In this document: piece by piece, positions 35,901 to 43,416 of the stretch | Layout: the number at the start of each line of letters is the position of its first letter | Position numbering within the stretch: position 1 is the first letter of the stretch | Origin: Verrucomicrobiota bacterium | Lineage (GTDB): Bacteria; Verrucomicrobiota; Verrucomicrobiia; Verrucomicrobiales; V1-33 | Reading direction: 5' to 3' | NCBI GenBank assembly: GCA_040386695.1 | Contig: JAZKFB010000001.1 | Span: 8,236 to 72,235 of the forward strand | Length of the DNA stretch: 64,000 nt | Position numbers and translations under genes: made by a program | Notes under the pieces: model-generated | Database searches by the model: none | Told to the model about the DNA's origin: nothing | The model's input: only the letters and a program-made list of their open reading frames with translations

Positions 35901-36037
35901 GCTTGCCTGGGCTCCCAGGCTTCAGTGGTCCGGCCGGCTTCCAGCGCGGCATCGATCTGTCCCAGCCATCCCCGCCCGCGGCCGCGGCCCGCGAGGGAAT
36001 TCCCTGAGGGGTTTTCGTGCGGCGGCTGCCCTGTCAT
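32972..36037 (-). CDS. Membrane Ser/Thr protein kinase with a large extracytoplasmic TPR-like domain
   Basis: Hanks kinase motifs are GRGGMAAVY, AVK, HRDLKPSNILL, DFGLA and APE. One TM (LALLMSAAGVILLCLWGW) sits near residue 450, followed by ~550 aa of helical-repeat sequence. Confidence 0.9.
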   Translation of the reverse strand: MTGQPPHENPSGNSLAGRGRGRGWLGQIDAALEAGRTTEAWEPRQAGHLTDLLPAYRILSFLGRGGMAAVYLAEEKNSGQEFAVKLLPPELGEIPGLAARFRREARLLEGLTHPHIIRLHDTGETAEGHLFYVMEHVRGEDLARQMARSKPGLGEAVAILRQICEGVSHAHALGILHRDLKPSNILLGSGNLVKVGDFGLAVQEKPGNATRLTASGMAVGTLEYAAPEQLRGEPGTVASDIFSLGVIAYEMFTGVLPKGSFDAPSRQRRTVDPGFDSVILRALHPDPFRRQASVAEFQDGLAAAHETALLAGSIEVLGAEQAQVLEKIYKDAIETVPEALRHFVEDKLLTLSGYRESRTMEEALAQEGVTREAIDDLIARRLLRLEHRWGGERVEISHDLLALAVQASRDLRRAAAAEFQAAQRERALRRAGQRKLALLMSAAGVILLCLWGWSQHREARLRAVAENAARRHLTAMLEVSTGPMTDQLEQLGRLAVFDSLDAAAERALAEYAPQTRDQTFPIIEARYWDSRGMRLAARGRREEAQRAFITARARWRDQGQVMSSVLSGIKAAEQQWHQGLADAMDKTLAETRPDSMPPGKESRVMDTMLEVAAGRALELHGRLNEAVLKLSTAAALTESLAVDPDLSVFVTTALLTTRVSALSALAQARLDCGDFPGAESAVSCSIEAVRLLRQREPGNFRNAELEARALMLMVKIAGAQDNRDIQESHLLAQTAFTSSLCVRDPANVVWRGLLAASIGQKGQAMLGAGHPGEALGDLEAAARTMMEVAETDPTNEMWQWDAAGYLLQTGYALEDLGQNAEAEPFYRKAIERMIPFANSPDSPSAARLYGLSAAIGNLGDCLKRQKRFTDAAAYYQTWVDRAAAGTEPIWTFIAAIAGHEIAGMERVPSRIADAVARHRAVLQLWGRFFSSIRESDRPQPGWAWRHRPAAACTETAQDALRSSDPEAARAGLEMAREALKVFFPESVKGLFAYPAKDEAARSALVSLLTGKLPATPASGNP

Positions 36038-36214
36038 GCGAGAGGCGCTCCCGCCGTGGCCGGATACCTTCCGGCCAAGGGAATGATTTTATTCTGACTA
36101 TTCCTATCGCCATCTGGTTCAGCCCGTGCTCCATATAAAATCCCTGTGCCCATACCCGGCCCGGATCTCCGGGCCGGCTCTTTCCATCCTCGCACCGTTT
36201 CCCGGATTCGAATC

Positions 36215-37888
36215 ATGAGAAATTGGCTTTTAATATTCAATTTTGGCATACTTCTCACCTCCAGCGCCACCGCGCAGGTGCCGCAATACATCTTGGAGCT
36301 GGGATTAAGAAATAGCAATCTCACCTTGAAAATCACCGGATTTCCGGAACAGGGGCGGAACCCGCAGATTCACTGGCAGGACGGAAAAACATATCCTTTC
36401 ACCAAACGCGCCGACTCCCTGCGGTGGACCGCCAACCTTCCCCCGCCCAATGATCTTCAGATCGCTCTGGGGGCGCTTTCCAAAAGCCGGTCGGAGAAAA
36501 CAGTGACTCTCTGGAATGGACACTCCCCTCTCAGGGTGAATGTCCCTGGGAGGACGATTCCCCTGCCGGCGAACCTGCCCATCACCCTCAGCGCCGTGGA
36601 TATGGCGGCGGTTGTTCAAACGAACGAACGGGATCTTCCGGTTCTTCCGGACAGATCTTTAGTCATTACCCACCGATATGTGCTGGATCATCCTACCGAG
36701 ACTTTTGATCCTTATTCCCTCATCAAACCGCGCGGCATGCCCAGGGGCCGGAGCGATGGGGCATGGTCCTTTCCACACATCCTGTCAAAACTGCTGAAGC
36801 AGAATTACAACCCGGACACCACCCCGGAAGCCGTGAAGGCAAACGCGAAGTTCGCCAAAGTCCTTTCCGCTTTCGCCGGCCAGTGGGAGGCGAAGAATGC
36901 GTTGGGAATTCCTGCCGATAAACAATTTCTCCAAGAGGTGGTGCAGCCGTGGCGGGATAAAAGCGCGCTTCTACAGTATCCATCGGGCCAGCTGGCTCCG
37001 CACCTCGCGCCTCTCCGGCTGCTGGCTATCGTGAACCGCATTGATCTCCGCGAGAATTTTGCCTTTGGAGGAGCCAGCGGCGGCGTGCCGTCCAACGCCG
37101 GCAGACTGCACTTTGTTTTCGGTTTCATCTCCCCGGATGGCCAGGCGCTGGAGGGGCGGCTGATTGTGGAAATCCGTGTGAAAAAGAAAGGGGAGCAGGA
37201 GCTTTGGAAGTGGGCGCGGCAATGGCAGGACCTGACCAAAGAATGGCCCCTCAAGACGAAAATTCCCTCCGAAAATTACATTAGGGCTCTGAAAAAGCTC
37301 ACGGAGGACGTTCTTGATCATTCGGGTGCCCTCTCCAGCATCCGGACAAATGAGAAAGTGGACAGCCTTACGCCCCCATGGGATATGCGAGAATTTGTCC
37401 TCAATCCACAAAGCAAAGTTCTGGATTCCGCACGTCTCACCCAAACTCCCGATAGAAAAAACTTTTCCGCCGGACAAATGTGGCTTGAAAAATTTTGCGC
37501 CGGGCCTCAGGCGGACGACCTCATTAAAAGGGGTGCCTACAGGCTTCCTGATAACATTCTGGCTCCCATCACCTCAGCGGACAATGAACAGCTTAAATTC
37601 AAAGCAGGCAGTGAAAGCCGCCGCCATCTCATCGCCTTGAACACCTGTAATGGATGCCATGGCCCGGAAGCTAAACTGACCGTAAGCGGCATTCCTGATG
37701 ACCGGTTCTTCAGCCACATCAGCCATCCCGGCAAACCGGGGCCGGTGACTTTATCCGACTTTCTGATGAAGACGGACATGGAGCGGCGGAGAGCCTCGCT
37801 GACCGCGCTTCTGCTCCCCTCCAAAACGCTCCGGACCCTTTGGGATCTGACATCCGCGGGAGGCTCCATGTCAGGATCCGGTCACTGA
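36215..37888 (+). CDS. Secreted protein of unknown family with a single C-terminal CxxCH motif (paralogue A)
   Basis: Signal peptide MRNWLLIFNFGILLTSSATAQ. Blocks shared with 41303-42556 are LRLLAIVNRIDL, GRLHFVFGF, IRTNE, WDMREFVL and LNTCNGCHG. Confidence 0.6.
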   Translation: MRNWLLIFNFGILLTSSATAQVPQYILELGLRNSNLTLKITGFPEQGRNPQIHWQDGKTYPFTKRADSLRWTANLPPPNDLQIALGALSKSRSEKTVTLWNGHSPLRVNVPGRTIPLPANLPITLSAVDMAAVVQTNERDLPVLPDRSLVITHRYVLDHPTETFDPYSLIKPRGMPRGRSDGAWSFPHILSKLLKQNYNPDTTPEAVKANAKFAKVLSAFAGQWEAKNALGIPADKQFLQEVVQPWRDKSALLQYPSGQLAPHLAPLRLLAIVNRIDLRENFAFGGASGGVPSNAGRLHFVFGFISPDGQALEGRLIVEIRVKKKGEQELWKWARQWQDLTKEWPLKTKIPSENYIRALKKLTEDVLDHSGALSSIRTNEKVDSLTPPWDMREFVLNPQSKVLDSARLTQTPDRKNFSAGQMWLEKFCAGPQADDLIKRGAYRLPDNILAPITSADNEQLKFKAGSESRRHLIALNTCNGCHGPEAKLTVSGIPDDRFFSHISHPGKPGPVTLSDFLMKTDMERRRASLTALLLPSKTLRTLWDLTSAGGSMSGSGH

Positions 37889-38017
37889 GAACGCCCGCCC
37901 GCCCGGGCTCTCCGCCTCCCCGAGGAAAACAGACCTCATGGAGCGGGTCCTTCCGCGCGTGCCGGAGTCCCGGCGGGCCAGACCACGCGGCTAATGGGGC
38001 TAGCTGCGGAGCGTAAC

Positions 38018-39460
38018 TCAGGCTCCATGAAGGGTCACCAGCCTTTTCTCCGCTTTGCTCCTCCGGTGCGGATCCAGGCTTTCGCACTCCACAGCCGTGG
38101 ACAGATGCCGTTTGGCCAGCTCCTCCCAAGGCTGGGGATTCCTCATCTGCCGGGAGCGCACGCGGGCGCTGGCCGAGCATCCCAGGGCATAATGCGCGGC
38201 GGCCGCATCCGGCCCCGAAGGATGCGGGACCGCCAATTTTTTCAAACTGGCCATTTCCAGAGGCCGAACCCTTGCACTGCGGTAAAAAAACGCGCGCGCT
38301 GCCTGCTTCATCAGCGTCTTCTGTCCGGTGATCTCGCTGAAAGCCGCTTTGGTGTCCGCCTGAAAGGGCAAAACCCGCACCTCTAGGGTATTGGACCTCA
38401 GTCTCCTTCCGAGGGACACGTCAAAGGTGGCCCACAGACGGTGCTTGCCAATATGCCGGAAAGTGTAGCCGCCCGCCTGGCCAAAGATGCTGAGATCCTT
38501 GGTGATGGTCTCGCCTGGCTGAAGAACCAATGGCGGAGGAGACCCGCAAAAGCGCGTGGTGGGCCGGTAGCGGCGCCTTTCCCCGCTGGGCTCCTCAATC
38601 CAAAGGGTGAAACTGCCGTAGCCCGGATGCAGTTCATCCGGAACCGGAGCGCTCCTCGCCGCCGACTCATTGAGGCGCAATGAGATCAGAAGTTCTACCG
38701 GCGAAAACGCCCAGAAATCAGGCACCGGCATGCTGATCTCAAAATGCCAGCGCTTTCCTCCGCCCCGGACCCCCGGACGCGCTCCTCCATCCGCCGCGCT
38801 GTCGATCCCAAAATTTTCAAAAGCGCTCCCGCCTGGCTGCACCGCCCCATCCGACGAGCACTGGCTGAGCCAATCCTTCTGAAAGGGAAGGAACTGATAG
38901 GCGGGAAGATCCGGCGAAGCATCCAGATTACTGGTGTTTAAAAAGCACAGGTCCGGTTCCCAATGGTGCAGATTGAAAAGGTGTCCAAGCTCATGGACGC
39001 TGGTGAAGGCCACCTGATCAAGGTATTCCCCAGGACTGCGGATTTTCCCGATGGCATCCAAAAACACCGCGCAGCCCTCCCGGGGAGAGCCCCCCTGGCC
39101 GCCCTGCTGCCAGACATCAAAATCCCCATCAAACATGAATCCGAAAAGGCCTTTCCGCGGAGCATACACATTCGAGAACAAAAGCCCCAGATGGCTCACA
39201 GGGCCTCCGCTTGGATTGCCCGTCAGCTGGACGAGGGCCTCCTGAAGGATCCTCTCGTCCACACTGATGTATTCCGGGCTGAAAGGCGTGCTCAAGGCGC
39301 TGGCATCCCCCGTCAGCGAGATGTCCATATTGGAGGCATGGAGAAAAATCTCCTCCAGAGTGCTCCTGCCACCCTCGGGATCCGGGACCATCATCGGATG
39401 ATCCGGCAATCCATGGGAAATCATTCCCACCTGTCCCCATCTGCACGATAACTGGATCAT
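38018..39460 (-). CDS. Metzincin-motif zinc metallopeptidase-like protein, no obvious signal peptide
   Basis: SVHELGHLFNLHH fits HExxHxxxxxH. 480 aa. It is the last gene of a five-gene minus-strand cluster. Confidence 0.55.
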   Translation of the reverse strand: MIQLSCRWGQVGMISHGLPDHPMMVPDPEGGRSTLEEIFLHASNMDISLTGDASALSTPFSPEYISVDERILQEALVQLTGNPSGGPVSHLGLLFSNVYAPRKGLFGFMFDGDFDVWQQGGQGGSPREGCAVFLDAIGKIRSPGEYLDQVAFTSVHELGHLFNLHHWEPDLCFLNTSNLDASPDLPAYQFLPFQKDWLSQCSSDGAVQPGGSAFENFGIDSAADGGARPGVRGGGKRWHFEISMPVPDFWAFSPVELLISLRLNESAARSAPVPDELHPGYGSFTLWIEEPSGERRRYRPTTRFCGSPPPLVLQPGETITKDLSIFGQAGGYTFRHIGKHRLWATFDVSLGRRLRSNTLEVRVLPFQADTKAAFSEITGQKTLMKQAARAFFYRSARVRPLEMASLKKLAVPHPSGPDAAAAHYALGCSASARVRSRQMRNPQPWEELAKRHLSTAVECESLDPHRRSKAEKRLVTLHGA

Positions 39461-39513
39461 AATTTATGTCTGGATTGCCTAAGTTTGTGGATCTCATCCC
39501 GCCAGCCGACCGG

Positions 39514-40656
39514 TCATTTGACCTCTACGAGACGGGTTTTGGACTGGTTGCCTCCGTTTCCGACTCTGAAGCTGATCTTCACGCGGTACAGTCCTGCCGG
39601 AGTGGTGTCTTTGCGTTTAATAAACAGGCCATGTCCTTCTGAGGCCGACCGAAGTTCGAACAGATCGCTCACCTCCTCATCAGGGGAATCCTCCCGCGCC
39701 ACTTGGCACTCCCTCAGATTGACCACCGCCCTCTGGTCCATGAAAACCGTAGCCCCGGGACTTAGCCGGATCCTTGGCTCCGGATCATCAGACTTCGCCG
39801 CCGTTCCTCCTGTGCCGGTCCCGTCCCCGGCCGGAGCCGATGGCGCCTTGACCGTTTGAAACCGGATTTGCCGCTGCCCGCCGCCGGAGCCCCCATCCCG
39901 CAGCTTGAAATTCATGGGTTCTAGGCGCACTCCCCCGGTGAATGGATCCTCGACAATACGGTAGATGACCGGTCCTGCCGCCAGCCCCCGGAGGCTTCCG
40001 CCAGAGCTTCCGCCCGTTGTTAGCCCGGGATCATCAAATCTCCCCGCCTCCTTTTTGGCGAAAGTTTCCTGCAGCGCGGCTTTCTCCACCTCCCGCTTCG
40101 CGGCGGTCAGAGCGACTTGAGCGCTGGCTGCCAGCTCCTGGTTGCCGCTCAGCTGCGCGGACTTCAAATCCTGCTCCGCAAACTTCACCTGTTGCGCGGC
40201 GGTTTTGACAGCCTGTTCTTTTGCTCTGAGATCGGTATTGGCGGCATTGGCCGCTTCGCGCCTGGCACTTCGGTTCTCTCCGGCCGAGGTGGCCATCTGC
40301 TCGCCGACTTTTCCAGCGGACTCCAGTAACTTGGAGGCCACGGCCGTGCTGTCCTGACTCAGCTCCACCTTGGTAAGCAGCATCTTGGCGTCACGCGCGA
40401 TATCCGCTTTGTGTTTTGCCATGAAGCTCCAGCTGTTCACAGCATACTCATGCTCCATGTCCGGGATCAGCTCGACACTGTAAATGATCTTCCCGTCCGG
40501 AGCAGGCTTTCCCACAACCACCGGCATGGGGAGATAATAACGCAGTCCCCGCGGATTGCTCCCGGGAGTGACTTTGGTCACCCCAACATGGCTGACACAG
40601 CCGGAAAGCAGGCAGGCCGCCAGAATTGGAATGAAAGGCAGGAATACTCTTTTCAC
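39514..40656 (-). CDS. Lipoprotein with a central coiled-coil and a Gly-rich C-terminal half (lipoprotein 2)
   Basis: A GTG start at 40656 gives MKRVFLPFIPILAACLLSGC (lipobox), 1 nt after the upstream stop. The N-terminal domain is paralogous to that of 40658-41194 (RGLRYYLP...ELIPD). Confidence 0.6.
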   Translation of the reverse strand: MKRVFLPFIPILAACLLSGCVSHVGVTKVTPGSNPRGLRYYLPMPVVVGKPAPDGKIIYSVELIPDMEHEYAVNSWSFMAKHKADIARDAKMLLTKVELSQDSTAVASKLLESAGKVGEQMATSAGENRSARREAANAANTDLRAKEQAVKTAAQQVKFAEQDLKSAQLSGNQELAASAQVALTAAKREVEKAALQETFAKKEAGRFDDPGLTTGGSSGGSLRGLAAGPVIYRIVEDPFTGGVRLEPMNFKLRDGGSGGGQRQIRFQTVKAPSAPAGDGTGTGGTAAKSDDPEPRIRLSPGATVFMDQRAVVNLRECQVAREDSPDEEVSDLFELRSASEGHGLFIKRKDTTPAGLYRVKISFRVGNGGNQSKTRLVEVK

Positions 40657-40657
40657 T

Positions 40658-41194
40658 TTAGTAAATCGTGTTGTGGAAAGGCTCAAAACCGGCATCGCCC
40701 AGCAATTCCCAGGTGTTACCATTCTGTTTGATTTTAAAAATATAAACTTTTGGCGCCGCGTTGCCCCCGTCGGCCGCCCGCTGAGCGGAGGGATCGTCAA
40801 AGGCCTGCGCCTTCACCGCCGCCGCCGCGACCTTGGTGGCCGCGTCCAGGAAAGCCGAGGGCACCGCAGTCCCGTCTCCTTCCGAAACTCCCTCAGTGAG
40901 AACTCCTTCGGAAAAAGTGAACTTGGAGGTATTGCTGGCCAGAAATTGGAAAGGATGCGCCTCCCTCAGCTTGGTGAGGTCCGGAAGATACTTCAGGGAG
41001 CTTTCAAGTCCGCCATTTCCGTCCGTCTGCACAACCAGATAGGGTGAGATGTCGTAATAACGGAAACCCCGTGCTTTCTTGTCAGCGGCCGCGTCAAGAG
41101 CCCGGTGAGAGACTCCCGAGCATCCGGCGCAAAGTACCCCACAGAGAAGAAGGGCGGTCCAGTTTCCAAGGGCAAATAAAGGTGGTTCAGGCAT
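40658..41194 (-). CDS. Lipoprotein (lipoprotein 1)
   Basis: Lipobox VLCAGC; 178 aa. The RGFRYYDISPYLVV...KYLPD block is shared with the downstream lipoprotein. Confidence 0.6.
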   Translation of the reverse strand: MPEPPLFALGNWTALLLCGVLCAGCSGVSHRALDAAADKKARGFRYYDISPYLVVQTDGNGGLESSLKYLPDLTKLREAHPFQFLASNTSKFTFSEGVLTEGVSEGDGTAVPSAFLDAATKVAAAAVKAQAFDDPSAQRAADGGNAAPKVYIFKIKQNGNTWELLGDAGFEPFHNTIY

Positions 41195-41302
41195 GGTGGG
41201 ATAAGATGATGGTTTGGATATTCAAGCTGGCGTTTCCAAGGTTCCGGGACTGGCTTACGGACTGGGCCGGTCAGTCCGCTTTCCCGGAACGGAAACCAGA
41301 TT

Positions 41303-42556
41303 TCAATGGACGCGCGCCGCCCGGGCGATGAGGCTGGCTTTCAGCTCCGGATCATCGGCCGCGCTGGGGCCTCTGAGAAATTCCTTCAACAACGACTCCC
41401 GGATACCCATCTCATTGTGCGCCGTGCCGGCCTGGCCCGGCAGCCGGTGCGCTAAATTTATCTGCCCCGTGAGAAAGTCCGATAAATTTGGCGCCCTCAC
41501 GCCTATGTGCTGAAATGGTGTTCCGGTGTCCCCGGCATGGCAGCCACTGCAGGTGTTGAAGGACACTATAAATCCGGCGCGCTGCAAACGCTCCGGCTGA
41601 TCTCCCGGAAAAATTTTCCAGGTGAACCCGAGATTCGGTACGCGCGCCGTGGCTCCCGCAAGCTGCGGTGGAAATTCCACCTCCGCACCCTGTAGGATCG
41701 GATCGGTTTTCAGCTCCACAAATTGTCGGAGTTTATCGCTTCCCGCGAAATCGGCGGACGGGGTTAGGCCCACTTTTTCCTGCTCAAGACTCCTCTTTCC
41801 CCCATGAAAATGAAACTCCCGGAGTTCCCAGATGGCTGGCGCGGGACCAGAAGGCTGGATAATTTCATTTGTCCGCACCTGATTCAACATGCCATGCGCC
41901 GAAAAACGGCCCGTGATTTCAGCCAAAGCATCCAGATAATCTTGGTTGAAATCAGTGAATGAGCCGAGCCGATGCCAGTCAGCCGCCCACTGCTGGAGGT
42001 TTTCTTGGGAGGAGTCGCCTGGCAGCCGGTATTCAAAAATCAGCGTGAAAGGCTCAGGGTTGGACCCATTCTTCATAACTTCATAAATGAAGCGTCCCTC
42101 TCCCAGCTTAACGGGCAGTCGGCTTCGGTCATTATGCGGAAATTTTGTCAGATCCAGCCGGTTCACTACGGCGATCAGCCGGATACGATCCTCTTTCCAC
42201 GCCGAACGCAGAGCGGCCGCGACCCAGGACCGGGCGGTAAAAGCGCTGGCCGTCTCCGGAACTGTGGTATTTTTCTCCCATGTTGCAAACCACGCTTCCG
42301 CAAACTGCTCCACATCCGCCGCCGTGCCGTCCGGGTTGTTCCCCGCGATACGCCTCAAAACTTCCTTGATATGCCATGGACCGTTTTTCCCCGCTCTGGG
42401 CGATTCCATCACCGCGGAATCCGTGATGAACAATTCCTTTTTCGGAACGACTCTGACATCCGTATCCGCCAAAGCCCCCGCCACGCTCAAAACGCCCGGT
42501 ATCAGCAGGAGGCTCAGCAATTTTTGATGTTTTTTCATGGGATTGTATGTTTTCAT
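41303..42556 (-). CDS. Secreted protein of unknown family with a single C-terminal CxxCH motif (paralogue B)
   Basis: Signal peptide ...LLIPGVLSVAGALA. Blocks IRLIAVVNRLDL, GEGRFIYEV, VRTNEI, WELREFHF and FNTCSGCHAGD align with 36215-37888. Confidence 0.6.
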   Translation of the reverse strand: MKTYNPMKKHQKLLSLLLIPGVLSVAGALADTDVRVVPKKELFITDSAVMESPRAGKNGPWHIKEVLRRIAGNNPDGTAADVEQFAEAWFATWEKNTTVPETASAFTARSWVAAALRSAWKEDRIRLIAVVNRLDLTKFPHNDRSRLPVKLGEGRFIYEVMKNGSNPEPFTLIFEYRLPGDSSQENLQQWAADWHRLGSFTDFNQDYLDALAEITGRFSAHGMLNQVRTNEIIQPSGPAPAIWELREFHFHGGKRSLEQEKVGLTPSADFAGSDKLRQFVELKTDPILQGAEVEFPPQLAGATARVPNLGFTWKIFPGDQPERLQRAGFIVSFNTCSGCHAGDTGTPFQHIGVRAPNLSDFLTGQINLAHRLPGQAGTAHNEMGIRESLLKEFLRGPSAADDPELKASLIARAARVH

Positions 42557-42576
42557 GCTTTGAATGGCGCATCACG

Positions 42577-43026
42577 CTAACTAGCATTGCGTGCCGCTAA
42601 TTTTTTATCCTCCGCTTCCGCCCCCCGGATCTCCCGGACATTGCGCACATAGACAAGAGCCTCTTTCCAGAAGGCCGATCCGCTGCTCGCGAAGACGCCC
42701 ATCACCACCACAATACTGCAGGCGGACACCCTGTCGGACTGCAGGGCCGGAAACAAACTGAGAATGGCCGGGCTCGCCAGGCTGGCGGTGAGGATACCCG
42801 AGCCAATGGCGATCAGCTGCACCTTGGCCTTTCGTTTCTCCTCCTTTTTCTCCGCCGCCTTGGCGGCATCGCCATCTGGCTGAGCTGCCGTCCCCGCAGC
42901 AGCGGCAGGGACGGGAGCCCCCGCGGCCAGTCCGGTCAGATTTCTCACGATTTCCACCAGACGCTCCGACGCAATACTGATCGCGATCAGAATGGACACG
43001 GCGGCGGTAAGATTGGTTGTATCCAT
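42577..43026 (-). CDS. Small membrane protein (about 3 TM) with a charged A/K/E linker
   Basis: 149 aa. Hydrophobic segments are AAVSILIAISIA, LIAIGSGILTASLASPAILSLF and ACSIVVVMGVFASSGSAF. It is the first gene of the cluster and ends 21 nt upstream of the next start. Confidence 0.5.
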   Translation of the reverse strand: MDTTNLTAAVSILIAISIASERLVEIVRNLTGLAAGAPVPAAAAGTAAQPDGDAAKAAEKKEEKRKAKVQLIAIGSGILTASLASPAILSLFPALQSDRVSACSIVVVMGVFASSGSAFWKEALVYVRNVREIRGAEAEDKKLAARNAS

Positions 43027-43416
43027 AAAATGGTGATGACTGCGGTATTATTTATGCTATTTTGCCGGACCCGCCAAGGTTCCCAGCAGAATTTTATTAC
43101 AATCACTTCAAGTCATTCACACGAACACCTGCAACGTCAGAAGCATGGAAAATTTTGTCAATTTCATATAAAATATCCTTTGTAGATTTAAGGCCGTTTC
43201 CGCGGAAGTCATGCCGCACGGTTTCATTTAACAGCTACTACCGGGATTGCTCTTTTTTGTGACTGAAGAAAATAATATTTTTGCCGGAATGCCGGGTGTG
43301 GCACGCATGGGTGAAACAGCGGATCTGGCTAAATGGATGCTTCATGAGCGTCTTCGACACTGATTACGGGGTTGGGCGTCCTCATTCCGGAAGCCCGGCA
43401 CCCCAATCCCCTGACT
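43027..43416 (-). promoter_or_regulatory. AT-rich upstream region of the five-gene cluster
   Basis: About 390 bp, markedly more AT-rich than its surroundings, lying between the cluster start and the Tn3-family IR. No promoter motif could be assigned with confidence. Confidence 0.3.

Noticed and set aside
43060-43100. GGAACC on the minus strand about 50 nt upstream of the five-gene cluster start, as a possible ECF -35 element.
   Set aside because: No CGT-type -10 lies at the expected 16-17-nt spacing, and a single pentamer match is not evidence. It is mentioned only as something to re-examine once the group-specific consensus is known.
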